A stretch of 62,351 nucleotides of DNA, counting the filler, from Chiloscyllium plagiosum (taxonomy: Eukaryota), in NCBI RefSeq assembly GCF_004010195.1. It is 3 parts of one record of this genome, joined end to end, with 100 filler letters (N's around TTAATTAATTAA, not from the genome) between each part and the next. Parts side by side here need not be neighbours in the genome. Positions count along the whole stretch, not along the records: positions 30,562 to 58,816 come from NC_057717.1; 2 more parts are not named here. One strand, 5' to 3'. Positions 37,526 to 49,900 of the stretch are shown here, in pieces (position 1 is the stretch's first letter; each line of letters opens with the position of its first letter). The translations under genes and the position numbers were made by a program. The notes beneath the pieces were generated by a model. That model searched no databases. It was given only the letters and a program-made list of their open reading frames with translations, and was not told the origin of the DNA.

Positions 37526-38597
37526 TGTAAAAAACCGTCAGCAAAAAGAACACAGTACAATGTAGGTGATAGGAACTTTTTGTTTGTGGAAAAGACAAAA
37601 CAGCAGAAAACTATTTAAATGCACGAGAATGCAGAACTCAATGGCGCAGAGGGGTTTGTGTGTCTTAGTACACGAGTCACATCAAATTACTCCGAAGATG
37701 CAGCAAGTGATTTGGAAGGTAAATGGAATGATTCTGTTTCGTGCAAGGGGTGTTGTGTTTGATCTTAGCGATGTTTTTCTGCATCAGTACAGGGCACTGC
37801 TGAGATCACATCTGATGTATTATGTGTAGTTATAATTGCCTAAACTGAAAAAAATGCTTTCGAAACGTTTCAAAGGTGCTTCTCTTTACTCGCTCTGGAA
37901 TGAAGGCATTACGTTACGAAGACTTAACAGTTCGGCCTGAGAATGAGGGATGTCTTATTGGCCATATAAGATCTCGAGAAGAGTGTAGTTGGTGAATACT
38001 GGATGGATATTCCTTCTTGTGTAGGAGAATAAAACCGGGGAAATAATTTAAGAATAATACAGGTTCAAAGGAAAGGCCATTAGACCAAAACATTGAACTC
38101 TGATTTCTCTTCATACATGCTGTCAGACAGGCTGAGCGTTTCCAGCAATTTCAGTATTTGTTTAAGAATAAAACATATTCATCACAGATATTGTGAAGAC
38201 ACGAAACGCTTATTTTTACATTATGCAAGCACATATTAACACATCTTCAAAACAAGTAAGGCCACTTATTTTTGATATATTGATTGTGTGTACAATAACA
38301 GCAATAATGCACCAACATTGTGTCAAGAATATGATGGGTTCATATAGTTCTGACAAGGTTCAAGGAGAGCTCAACATGGTCCAGTTTGGGGTCTGATAAT
38401 GTTACTGATTCAACTTAGAGATGGAAAAATGTAGCCTATCTGTGAAGGAACAGTCTATTGCTCCCTTTCTTGTTTCCCTGTTGCGCATTATAACAACGTG
38501 TGGGAGTAAAAAAAAAGGCCCAGTCATCTTTCACACTCGTGGAGAATTCCATGGAATTTGTCCACTGCCTGAAGCAAAGCAATTCAGCCTTTTTTAA

Positions 38598-38898
38598 AAG
38601 ATTACTTACAGTGTGGAAACAACACTTTGGCCCAACAAGTCCACACCGACCCGCCAAAGCGCAACCCACCCAGACCCACTTCCCTATATTTACCCCTTCA
38701 CCTAACACTACGGGCAACTCAGCATGGCCAAGTCACCTAACCTGCACATTTTTGGCTTGTGAGAGGAAACCGAAGCAAACCCACGCAGACACGGGGAGAA
38801 TGTGAAAACTCCACACAGAGAGTCATCTGAGGCAAGAGTTGAACCTGGGTCTCTGGCAGTAAGGCAGCAGTGCTAACAATTGTGCCACCGTGCCGCCC
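38598..38898 (-). mobile_element. Full-length HE1-type tRNA SINE
   Basis: The minus strand reads GGGCGGCACGGTGGCACAATTGTTAGCACTGCTGCC...CCAGGTTCAACTC...GTTTCCACACTGTAAGTAATCT. Confidence 0.92.
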
Positions 38899-38959
38899 AC
38901 AAATCTAACTGTTTCAGGAGGAAATCCCATTATCAGAAGGTTGTGCGAGCACAATAACT

Positions 38960-41900
38960 TCAGAAGTAATTATTCAGACTTGATAGTGAGGCGAACAGAC
39001 AGGAGATTCTGTGGATGCAAATGGAAATCCAGAATAGTGTGTATCCTCCCCCATGCCAGAGTCCAGGATGTCTCATAGCAGATGCAGGACGTTTTCAAGG
39101 GGGTGGGGGAGCAGCCAGAAGTTATTGTATATGTTGGTACAAATGACGTAAGTAGAAATAGGGATGAGACCCTGCAAAGGGAATGTAGACAGCTAGGAAA
39201 AAGGTAAAACCCAGGACCATGACAGTTGTAATCTTCGGTTTACTTCCAGTGCTACGTGTTAGTGAGGCTAAGCACAGGACGGCTTGGCAGATGAATGTGT
39301 GGCTAAAGAATTGGTGCAAGGGGCAGAGATTTAGGTTTTTGGATCACGAGGATGTTTTGTGGGGCATGGGTGACCTGTTCAGGAAGGACGGGTTGTACCT
39401 GAACTGAAAGGGGACCAATTGCCTGGCATGGAGGTTTGCTCGTGATGCAAGGGAGGATTTCAACGAGATTGGCTACAGTGGCGAATCCTCAACAGCAGGG
39501 AGGCAAGTGCAAGGATGGAAAGATGGAAAGAGATACAGTAAAGTGATCGGACAGTTCTGGCTGGAACATGGCAGGGAGCAAGGAATGCCTGTTGGATTAA
39601 ATTGCATCTGCTTCAATGCAAGATGGCTGACAGGTAAGGCCGATGAACTCAGGGTGTGGATAGGTAGGTGGGACTTGGATATTTAAGCCATTACAGAAAC
39701 ATGACTAATGGAGGGACAGGGCTGGCAGCTTAATGTACTAGGGTACAGGTGCTTTATGCGGGACAGAGGTGGTGGAAGGAGGAGAGGGGGTGTTGCATCT
39801 TTGATTAAGGCGAGTGTCACAGAAGTAATCAGAGATAAAATAACTGATGGATCATCCAGTGAGGATTTGTAGAGGGAGCTAAGAAACAAGAAGGGAATTG
39901 TGATATTATTTGGATTGTACTATAGGCCCCCAAATAGTAAACGGGGAATTAGAGGAACAAAAATATGTCGAGAGATTGGGGAGACTTGCAGGGCCAATAG
40001 GATTGCCATAGTAGGAGATTTTAATTTTCCTAACATAGACTGGGAACGACATAAAATTAAGGACTGAGATGGGGTGCAACTACTAAGTGTGTTCAGGAAA
40101 GTTTCCTCAAGCAGTATGTAGAGGGTGCAACTCGGGAAGGGGTAAAACATGACCTACTCTAAGAAATAAGGCAGGACAGGTGACTGAGGTTACATTGAGG
40201 GAGCACTCTGGGACCAGTGACCATAGTTCAATTAATTTTAAAAATAGTTATGGAGAGGGACAAAACTGGTCCACATGTTCAAGTTCTAAATTGGGGTAAG
40301 GCAAATTTTTCACGGAATTAGACAGCAGCTTGTAGGGGTTGGTTGGAGGAGTTTGCGTGGAGGTGAAGGGATCTCCGGCAGGTGGGAGACCTTTAAAAGT
40401 GAAGTGTCTCCAGTTCAAGGTCTTTATGTTCCTGTGAGGGTAAAAGGCAAGGTTGGCAGGAATAGGGAACCCTGGATGTCAGGGGATTGAGGCTTTGACC
40501 AGCAGAAAGGAGGCTTGGCTCAGGTCCAGGCAGCTGGGATCAAGTGAATCCCTGCAGGTATATAGGGAATACAGAAGTTTACTGAAGAAGGAAATCAGGA
40601 GGGCGAAAAGGGGGCACAAGATAGCCTTGGCTGAGAAGATTAGGGTGAATCCAAAGAGGTTCTTTAAGTATATTAAAACATTAACTAAATGAGCATATTA
40701 CCCCTCAAGGTCCAAAGTGGACATGCATGTCTAGAACCGTAGGAGAGGTATGAGATTATCAATGAATATTTCTCCTCTGTCTTACCGTGGAGAAATACAT
40801 GAAGACTTGGGAGGTTAACAAAGGTTGTGATGTTAAATGGTTGAGTCAGTATCACAGGAGAGGACGTGTTGGATGCATTGGAATGTATGAAGGTGGATAA
40901 ATCTCCTGGTCCTAAACAGATGCTTTCAAGAATACTGCAAGAGGCTACAGAAGAAACTACGAGGACCTGGGTGATATTTTTGCATCATCGTTAGCTACAG
41001 GTTAGGGTGCAGATTATTGGAGAGTAGCAAATGTTGTGCCATTATTCAGGAAGGGAAGCAAAGAAAAATCTGTGAACTATAGACCCTGAAGCCTTACATC
41101 TGTGGTAGGTAGGTTACTTGAGAAGATTCTGAGGGATAAGATATACATGCATTTGGAAAGACAGGGTTTGATTAGAAAAAAAAAATCAGATTCCCTACAG
41201 TATGTAAACAGGCCATTTAACCCAACAAGGCCACACTGACCCCGCGAACAGTAACCCACCCAGTCCCATGTCCCTACTCTTTATTTTACCCTGACTAATG
41301 CACCTAATACTATGGGTAACTTAGCATGGCCAATTCATCTGACCTGTACATCTTTGGATTATGGGAGGAAAATGGAGCATCCAGAGGAAACCCACACAGA
41401 CACAGGGAGAATGTGCAAACTCCACACAGAGTCACCCGAGGTTTGAATCAACCCCAGATCCGTGGCACTGTGAGGCAGCAGTGCTCACCACTGAGCGACC
41501 ATGCCACCCTTGCTTTTTTTTCTACACAGTTCAATGACACAGGTCCAAGATCTATTCTGCCCTTCCCCCATGATGCACGTTCCAATACCACATACCACTT
41601 ATAATTTATTCTCCACTGAAAATGTCATATTATTATTTATTATTGTTTGTTATTATTAATTTTAATGATTATTATTAATGGCTGTTTTTAGACTGGAAAG
41701 ATTGCATGGCTTTGTGAGTGGGAGATTATTCCTCACAAATTTGTTTGAGTTCTTTGGTGAAGTGAACAGGAATGTTGCTGTGGGATGTGCGATAGATGTA
41801 GATTTCAGTAAGGCGTTTGACAAGTTTCCCATTGATAGGCTGGTCTGGAAGGCTAGAATGGCATTGAATCCAGAGGGAGCTGGCAAATTGGATACACAAT

Positions 41901-42912
41901 TGGCTTGATGGTAGTACGTACAGGGTAATAGTGGAAGGATGCTCTCGGACTGGAGACCTGTGACACATGAAGTGCCTCAGGCGTTGGTGCTGGGCCCACT
42001 GTTGTTTGTTATCGATATCAATGATACTCTTGAGAATGCACAAGGCATGATTAGTAAATTTGAATAAAATTTAATAGATGGTATCGTGGACAGTGAGGAA
42101 GTACATCAGAAATTGCAGCAGGACTTTGATCAAATGGAGAAGTGGGCGGAGGAATATTTTTGCAAAGTTCGATCAAGGTCGTGAATGGTAGGGCCTTAAG
42201 GAGCGTAGTTGAGCAGAAGGACCATGGAGTTCAGTTCCAACGTTCTCTGAAAGTGGAGTCACAGGTAGACACGGCAGTGAAGAACGCTTTTGGCACACTG
42301 GCATTCATCGGTTCAGGACATGGAGGAGAGACTTTGGGAAGTTATGCTGCAGTTACACAGGATGTTGGTGAGGCTGCACTTGTAGTGCTGTGTTCAGTTT
42401 TGGTCACATTGCGATCAGAAGGACGTTTTTTAATTTGGAATGTGTGCAGACGGAATTTACAAAGATGTTGCCATGACACAACAGTATGAAGTATAGGGAG
42501 AGGTTGGATAAGCGAGGACTTTTTTCTTAAGAGTGCAGGAGACTGAAGAGGATCTTATAGAAGTGTACAAGATTATGAGAGGCATGAATAGGGTGAATGG
42601 ACTCAGCCCTTTTCCCAGAGTTGGGGAATCGAGGGCAGAGGGCATCACTTTAAGGTGGGAGGGGAAAGAATAAAAGGGAAACTGATGGAAAGTATTTTAC
42701 ACAGAGAGTGGTGCACAAAGGGAATGAGCTGCCAGCGGAAGTGGTTGAAGCATTTATATTAACAATATTTAAACGGCATTTGTACAAGTACATGGACAGG
42801 AAAGGACGAGAAGTGTCAAGTGCTGGGGAATGGGGTTAGTGTGGATGGATATTTGGTCAGCATGGACCAGTTTTGGCCAAAGGACCTCTCTCCATGCTGT
42901 AGGACTTGATCA
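38960..42912 (+). mobile_element. Near-complete degenerate CR1 LINE: ORF1 SGNH-esterase part plus ORF2 EN-RT and 3' UTR
   Basis: ORF1 reads DLIVRRTDRRFCG...LPHARVQDVS...VYVGTND...DGLYLN. ORF2 motifs CFNAR, AITET, VGDFNFPNIDW, KSPGP, DFSKAFDK are present. Many stops; interrupted at 41175-41700. Confidence 0.92.
41185..41509 (-). mobile_element. HE1-type tRNA SINE nested in CR1 ORF2
   Basis: The minus strand reads GGGTGGCATGGTCGCTCAGTGGTGAGCACTGCTGCCTCACAG...GGTTGATTCAAACC...GGCCTGTTTACATACTGTAGGGAATCTGA followed by a T-run. Confidence 0.9.
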
Positions 42913-43580
42913 CTCTATACATAGAACAGCATTTGTGCAAACTCTCATTTTGCCTTTGGTCATGAGTTTGAATAATATTTGGACAAAGTTCTTTCAAGAT
43001 AATTTTGCACAGCACTTTTCAAAGGGAAATATCAATCTACATATTTGCAATAAATACTCGTCATTCTTTCCATCATTATTTGAGTAACTTTGCTTTGGTC
43101 ATAAACGCGTTGTTTTAGCAGATTAAAGAAATCTGTCTTACTTGTTCCTAACACTGACCCTGACACACTCTGAGAACTGTATCATTGGCCATATCACCAA
43201 CCTAGTTTTATTTATATATACATATATATATATATTGTGGCTAGTTGGACGAGTGGGACTCGAAAAGGGGACAGTGATCCAAAACCACAGGAAATTATAG
43301 ACTCAGTCAGTCTAACGTCAGTGTCGAGGAGGTTGTTGGAGGGGATTCTGAGGGATAGGATTCACATGCATTTAGAAAGACAAGGACTGATTAGTGATAG
43401 TCAACATGGCTTTGTGCGATGGAAATCATGTCTCATTAATGTGATTGATAATTTGAAAAGGTGCCAAAGAAGATTGAGGAAGGCACTGTGATATACATTG
43501 TTCACACAGACTTCAGCAAGGCATTTAATAAGGTTCCTCATCGTAGACAGGTTACTCAGGTTAGGTCATATGGAATTCAG

Positions 43581-43781
43581 AGATGGAAATGTGTTGCTGG
43601 AGAAGCGCAGCAGGTCAGGCAGCATCTAGGGAACAGGAGAATCGACGTTTCGGGCATTAGCCCTTCTTCAGGGCCCGAAACGTCGATTCACCTGTTCCCG
43701 AGATGCTGCCTGACCTGCTGCGCTTCTCCAGCAACACATTTCCATCTCTGATCTCCAGCATCGGCAGACCTCATTTTCTCT
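43581..43781. mobile_element. Penelope-derived palindromic element with 15-bp TSD
   Basis: TCATATGGAATTCAG at 43566-43580 and 43782-43796; ~76-bp near-perfect inverted arms at 43580-43655 and 43673-43748. Confidence 0.92.
43637..43672 (-). ncRNA. Minimal hammerhead-ribozyme-like core
   Basis: The minus strand reads CUGAAGA-A-GGGC-UAAU-GCCC-GAAAC-GUCG: CUGANGA box, 4-bp helix II, GAAA box. Helix I/III and the cleavage triplet could not be resolved by eye. Confidence 0.5.
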
Positions 43782-44018
43782 TCATATGGAATTCAGGAAA
43801 GGATAACCAATTGGATACAAAATTGGATTGAAGGTAACTGGGTCGTTTTCCAGACTGGAGTCCTTTGGCCAGGGGTGTGCTGAAAGAATCAGTGCTGAAC
43901 TTACTGCTTTTCATCATGTATATAAACAACTTAGATGTGATTACCGGAGGCATAGTCAGTAAGTTTACAGATAACATCAAAAAAGTGGGGCAGTGGACAG
44001 TGAAGATTATTTCAGAGT

Positions 44019-44088
44019 ACAAAAGCACCATTGACAAAGGGCCAAGGACTGGAACAAAAGCACCATTGACAAAGGGCCAAGGACTGGA
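44019..44088. repeat. Perfect 35-bp tandem duplication within CR1
   Basis: ACAAAAGCACCATTGACAAAGGGCCAAGGACTGGA occurs twice. Confidence 0.95.
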
Positions 44089-45664
44089 AGATAGAATTTA
44101 ATTTAGATATTTGTGAGGCTTTGCATTTTGGTAAGTTAAAGCAGGGTAGTGCCCTGGGGAATGTTGCTGAACAAAGAGACCTACGGGTGCAGTTTCATAG
44201 TTCCTTGAAAACGGAGTTGCAGGTAGACAGAGTGGTGAGGAAAGAGGTTGGCATGCTTGCCTTAATCAGTGAGAACATTGAGTATAGGAGTTGAGGTAGC
44301 GTTTTGCGCTTGTACAGGACGTTGGTGAGGCCACTTTAAGAATACTGCGTACAATTCAGTTGGCACTGCTAAAGGATCGTTGTCGCTAAGCTTGAGAGGG
44401 TGCAGAAAAGATTGACACGGACTTTCTGGAAACTGAGGGTTTGAGCTACAGGAGAGGATGAACAATTTGTGGCTTTTTTCCCGGACTGTTGGAGGCTGAA
44501 TGGTCACATGACAGAGGTTTATAAAGTCCTGTGGGGCATGGACAGTCTGAATGGCCAACATCTTTTTCCCAGTGTAGGGGAGTCCAGAACTAGATGGCAT
44601 AGGTTGAAGATGACAGGGGAAAGATTTAGAAGGGACCTTAGGGAAACTTTTTCATGCAGAGGCTGGTGGGCGCACGTTTAATGCTGTCAGAGAAAGTGTT
44701 GAAAGCGGGTACAGTTAGATGTTTAAAATATATCTGGATAGATACATAAATAGGAATGGTTCAGAGGGATGTAGGCCAAATGCTGGCCAGTGGGACGAGG
44801 TCAGATCGGATGCTTGATCGGCATGTACAAAAGCATGTGTTTCCACGATGTATGACTCTCTTATTCATCCGAGGGATGAGGAAAAATTCTAAAAGGGCTT
44901 TTGAATGGGAATTCTCTTCCCCAGAAGTTTGTGGAGCCTCTCTGATTGCAAGTACTCACAGCTGAGTTAGTTAAAGATTTCACAAAGACAGAGTCACGGA
45001 TATTGGGATACAGACAGGAAAGTGGTGCTGAGACTACAACCCGATCAGCCACAATCTTAGTGCCTGGTGGAGAAGGCTCAAAGTATCTTATGGCCCACAC
45101 CTGATCCTTAGTACCCTGTTTCTGTGTTCCGTTCAGCACATCAAACCTGCTAGATAGGGGCAGTTGGAGGCCACTTACTGCTATCACCTGGTACATAGAA
45201 ACATAGGAGACCATTCACTCCCTCATGACTGACACACACGGTTTGGGAGATTTGGAAAATGTAATTGAAAAACCAGGCTGGATATGAAAGAGATCTTTCA
45301 TTTCTTTTTATAGAGAGACCCCTCTCTGCAACTTGTGCTCCATCTGATAGACCCAGATTCACAGAGAATACAGCCCCCATACCTCACCCAGTGATCGCCC
45401 ACAAAATCCTCTGGGCTCCCTGTCTGGAACATTCCATAACAGACCTTCCAGGAAAATAACTCCCACTAACATTGTAATAACAGAATGTGAGAATATCAGA
45501 AACAGGAGCAGGTCGTTCACCTTCCAAGCCTGCCTTCCCTTTCACTATGATCATGGTTGATCTGCTCAAGGTCTCAAATAGTCCATAATGTCCAAGTCTT
45601 CATAGCCTTCACCTCTCTGACGCATCAAAATCCATCTCCAGCCTCTATGAGCACTTCCATAAAA

Positions 45665-46640
45665 TACAGAACAAAGAACAATACAGCACAATACAGGTCC
45701 TTCGGCCCTCGATATTGTGCCACCCGTTTATGCTACTCTCAGGTCAGACTAACTTGCATGTTTCCGTTCACTTTCTTCCATATGCCTATCCAATATTCTC
45801 TTATTTTCCCTCACGTATTTGACTCTACTTCCACTGATTTCAGTGCATTCCACACACCCACCACTCTCTGTCTGAAGAACCTACCTCGGATATCTCCCCT
45901 AAACCTTCCTCCAATTCCCTTAAAATTGTGACCCCTTGTGATAGATATTTCTGCCCTGGAAAACAGTCTCTGGCTATTCACTCTATCTATGCATCTCATC
46001 ATCTTGCTCACCTCTATCAAATCACATGTCATCTTTCTCTCCTGCTATGAGAAAAACCCTTGCTCCCTCAAGTTTTCTTCATACGACTTGCCCACCAGTC
46101 CGTGCAGCATCTCGGTAAATTTCCACTGGAACCGTTCTAAAGCTTCCACATCCTTCCTATAATGGGGTGACCAGAACTGAACACAGTATTCCAAGTGTGG
46201 TCTAACCAGGAGTCTATAGAGCTGCAGCATAACCTCATGGTTCTTAAACTCAATCCCCCGCTAATGAAAACCAACACACCATATGCCTTCTTAACCACCA
46301 CATCAACTTGGGTAGCAAATTTGAGGGATTTGTGGACATGGACCCCCAAGGTTGCTCTGTTCCTCCACACTGCCAAGATTACTCTTTTTAACCCTGCATT
46401 CACATTCGAGATTGCAAAGAGAATCACTTTACACTTTTCCAGTTTGAACTCCATCTGCCAAATCTCAGCCCAGCTCTGCATCCGGTCAATGTCCCGTTGC
46501 AACCTAAAAAAGCCGTCCACACTCTGTACCACTCCAACAACCTTTTATAATCTACTCTTCAACACCCCCACTCAAGTCATTTATAGATATAGCAAAGAGT
46601 AGGGTTCCCAGAACCGATCCCTGCGGAACACCACTGGTCC
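45665..46640 (-). mobile_element. 5'-truncated CR1 (RT C-terminus to 3' tail)
   Basis: SGVPQGSVLGTLLFAISINDL, LQRDIDRMQSWAEIWQMEF, LVRPHLEYCVQFWSPHYRKD and FFRQRVVGVWNAL motifs. Confidence 0.93.
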
Positions 46641-49600
46641 CTTTCAGTAATCTAGCTCCCCTAACTCTCTGTGTAAGAGAATTCCTGACATTCACCGCCC
46701 TCTGTTTGAAGAAAACATTATCTGCTTTCACACCATGACCTGTTGATATGAACAAAAGAGGGAACACAGGGGCTCAGGTAAGAGAGACTGCCCTGAACTC
46801 ACTGCATTATTTGACTGAGGATGCCATCAAGGAGCCTGAGCAAAATCGCACTTACTGAGAATCGATTGTGACCTCTCCACTGTTTGGAGTCATTCACGGC
46901 AAAAGGGACGATGTTTACCATCGGTGGGCATAATACCATCTCAGTCGTGAGGCATCTCTGCAGGAGATCGTCAAGGTAGCTCCCTCAGCCCAGGCATCTC
47001 CTGTTTGTCAGCGGGGAATCCCTACAGCTTGGAAGGAGGCTGTTCGAATCAATTAAGTCCAAACTGAGCAGAAGTTTACATAATGTTCAAAACAAGTTGT
47101 CCCTCTTCAGCTCTTGAAGCAGTCTGTGTCCATGTGCAACTAGACCTGAACAACATTCAAGAATGCGCTGTTAAAGTCTGGGTAACATTCATGTAACAGC
47201 ACTGTACATTTCCGCAGTAAAAGGAGGAACTCATTCAGCACCTCAATCTGGGTTCACAAGAACGTGGGGAAGCCATTCAGACCATCAAAACTACTGGGTA
47301 AAAAGATGGATAGCCCATTCAGTCCAATCCGCCTATAGCACAGGAACATAGGGAATGTGCTCACTCCCACACCTCAGTTACACAGGATCAGAACGAGACC
47401 ATTTCACTCCCGGAGTCATTAAAAAGGAACAGGAAGAGGTCATTCCGCTTCTCAAGCCACTAACACAGGAGCAGGAAAGTTTCAGAGATGTTCTAACGTT
47501 GCACCAAATGGAGCAGGGGCTGCATGGACAGACTGGTCCAAATTGATCCACATGGCTTAATTACTCATAGTACGTAAGTGTAACTTTAACATGGTTTTCT
47601 GGCAGTCGGACTGAAGCCAACATTTTTGAGCATTCTACAAGTTGTCTTCAATCTCCAAGAAGGCAGACCCATGGTTTCCATGGAGGTCAGAAGCTGGTGG
47701 GGAATGACTAACTGTTTCAGAATGAACTTATAGTGGCTGCTGACAGGAAGGTGTATAAAGTGACATTCAATGCAGTGTCAAACAGTAACTGTGCATTGAA
47801 GTGTCCAGACTTCATTCAGAGCCTGAAGCTCTCTGTCAATCGACATGGGGGCTCTGCAGATGCATATAAACTATCGGGAATCAATCATGCAATGAAAAGT
47901 ATGGAATTCGCACACTATTCAGCTGTTTGGGAAATAATGAATGTCCGTCAATAACCATCAAGTTTCAGCTTCTTATTCCCTCAGAGCCCCACAGATTAAA
48001 CACATAGTCACTGCACTCACTCTTCATAATACCAACATGCCAGGGCTTAGTCTGGTAAAACCCCTTTGCCCTGTCTCGGTAACAAAGAGATAATTATCTA
48101 TAAAGCAGTCCAAACACGACCAGTGGGCATAATATTCTAACTCTGGTGGTTCAATCATTTTGCATGAAGAGCCACATATCACTGACTTGCTGCCCCGTAA
48201 GAATTCTGTTTGTGACTTATGACCAAAGACATCCAGGTCCTTTTCAACAACAGCACTTCCCAATCTCTCACCATTTAATACATATAAAAGTGCATGATGA
48301 TATTTGTTGTTTACATCTGAATCATTTTTATACCTTGTGAACAGCTATTGCCCAAACACTGATCCTGCTGCCACCCATCAAGCCTTCAGTCAAGAGAAAA
48401 AACATTATTCTTCTCGTATCTCCAATGTTTAATCCATATGGTATACATTCCTACCCTACCTACACATGGACTCTAACATTCCCGACTCACCTGTATTCAG
48501 CCAGGTGAAGCGTCTTCTAAAATTTCAAATACTCCACTCCCATTGGTTCTTAATTGTCAATGTCACAATGCACAATCTCCACGCAAAGCTTTATCAAAGA
48601 TCACTTCCCTTTCCTGAATCTAGGCCGACACAAGCAAATCATGTCATTATTTTCCAAGTGTCTAGTTGTCACGTTCCTTATAAAATTTCCAATGTTTTGT
48701 CTCACAGCTGACATCAAGCTATTTAGTTTTCCATTTTCCCTCTCCGTCCTGTTTTAAATATTTACGTTTACAATAGCTGCTTTCCAGTCTGCAAGATCCT
48801 TTCCCGAATCTAACCAGCTTTAAAGAATAATCAATAATTCTTTCACTAGCTCTGTTCCCACCTTCTCAATACTCTGAGATGTAGCTCATCAGATGCAGCA
48901 TCTTATGAAACTTCAGTTCAATTAGATTTCCAAAAGGATACCCTTCATTAATTCTAATTTCTTGTATTTCCTCATTTTTACGAGTCCCCCTTCTCTCTAG
49001 TATTTCTGGAAGTTGGTTTCTGTACCTTCCCGAGTGGAGATGGAACCAATGCATTCCTCTCAGCAGGGAGGTGGCTTCTGTCAGCTCGCGATACATCGGA
49101 GGACTACACTTCAGAGATGGTGGGTACATTACCCACTCCTACCTGGAAAGTTCCAGAATTAAAACAGTTATATTCATGGTGAGAGTCAGCACAGTTCTGT
49201 CTCTGGTGTGAGGCTACAGGTTATACTGAAGGAGGGACACAGCTCAGTGAGCACCTCATTTTTGAAACAAACTGGTTTCACACTTTACACCTGAATGTGT
49301 CCAGCTTAGACAAATGTTCCTGGAAATCCCAAGAAGGGAAGTACAGTGCTTTGCTCCTCCTTATTTCCAGAGCTTCCCTTCTGTGTAGTCTTCGCTCCAT
49401 TTATTTACCATGGACACAGTCACTCTGGAAATGCAGTGTCCAGAGTGCGGTCACCAGACCCTCGAGTCTCCCTGAATGAACTCAGCAGCTGACAAAACAA
49501 ACCTGAGAACACCATCCACAGAAATTCCACTGACTTTCTAATGACAGTAACAAGCCAATGCCTCCCACACATGGTGCACCGATTCAGTGTTGAAAATGCC

Positions 49601-49900
49601 TCCCTTCTCCTCAGTTTCTCTTCCTGGCTGAGAAAGCCATTGCATCTCTGGAAAGCCCCACAGTAACAGTTCCTCTGTCCAAAGAAGCAGTTGTCACTGT
49701 AACATTTCCTTCTTCTGTATCTCAGCAACTGTCAGGGCAGCACCAGTATTGCGAATGGAATAGATCATCACACTCAGAGAAGAGAGACAGAGGGAACATA
49801 ACTCACTTTAATCAAGGATATACCTAAATGGACGTAATATTCGGGAATATGGGAAAGGCAAGAATTTTAGAATAACTTGTCATTCTATTTTTCTTCCAGG
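46640..49900. repeat. Old diverged paralogue of 20740-24690 (and, inverted, of 8200-11840)
   Basis: Collinear shared motifs: 'gga.ctcattcagcacctca', 'gtcagaagctggtggg.aatg.ctaa', 'acccactcct.cctggaa.gttccaga', 'ctccctgaatga', 'catccacagaa..tccactgactttc', 'aactcactt'. Confidence 0.85.

Larger units (their letters stand above)
43277..44860 (+). mobile_element. 5'-truncated degenerate CR1 (RT to 3' UTR)
   Basis: ILRDRIHMHLERQGLISDSQHGFVRWKSCL, DFSKAFNKVPH and YINNLD motifs; 3' tail 'tgtatgactct'. Absent at the paralogous site ~55780. Confidence 0.9.

Noticed and set aside
36975..37560. Cys/Pro-rich repetitive ORFs
   Set aside because: Translations of a minisatellite whose units vary between 34 and 36 bp; frames are not maintained.
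49420..49728. 102-aa Cys-rich ORF
   Set aside because: Paralogous copies at 8850-9130 and 23761-24039 do not keep the same frame or peptide over most of its length; no splice context or domain.
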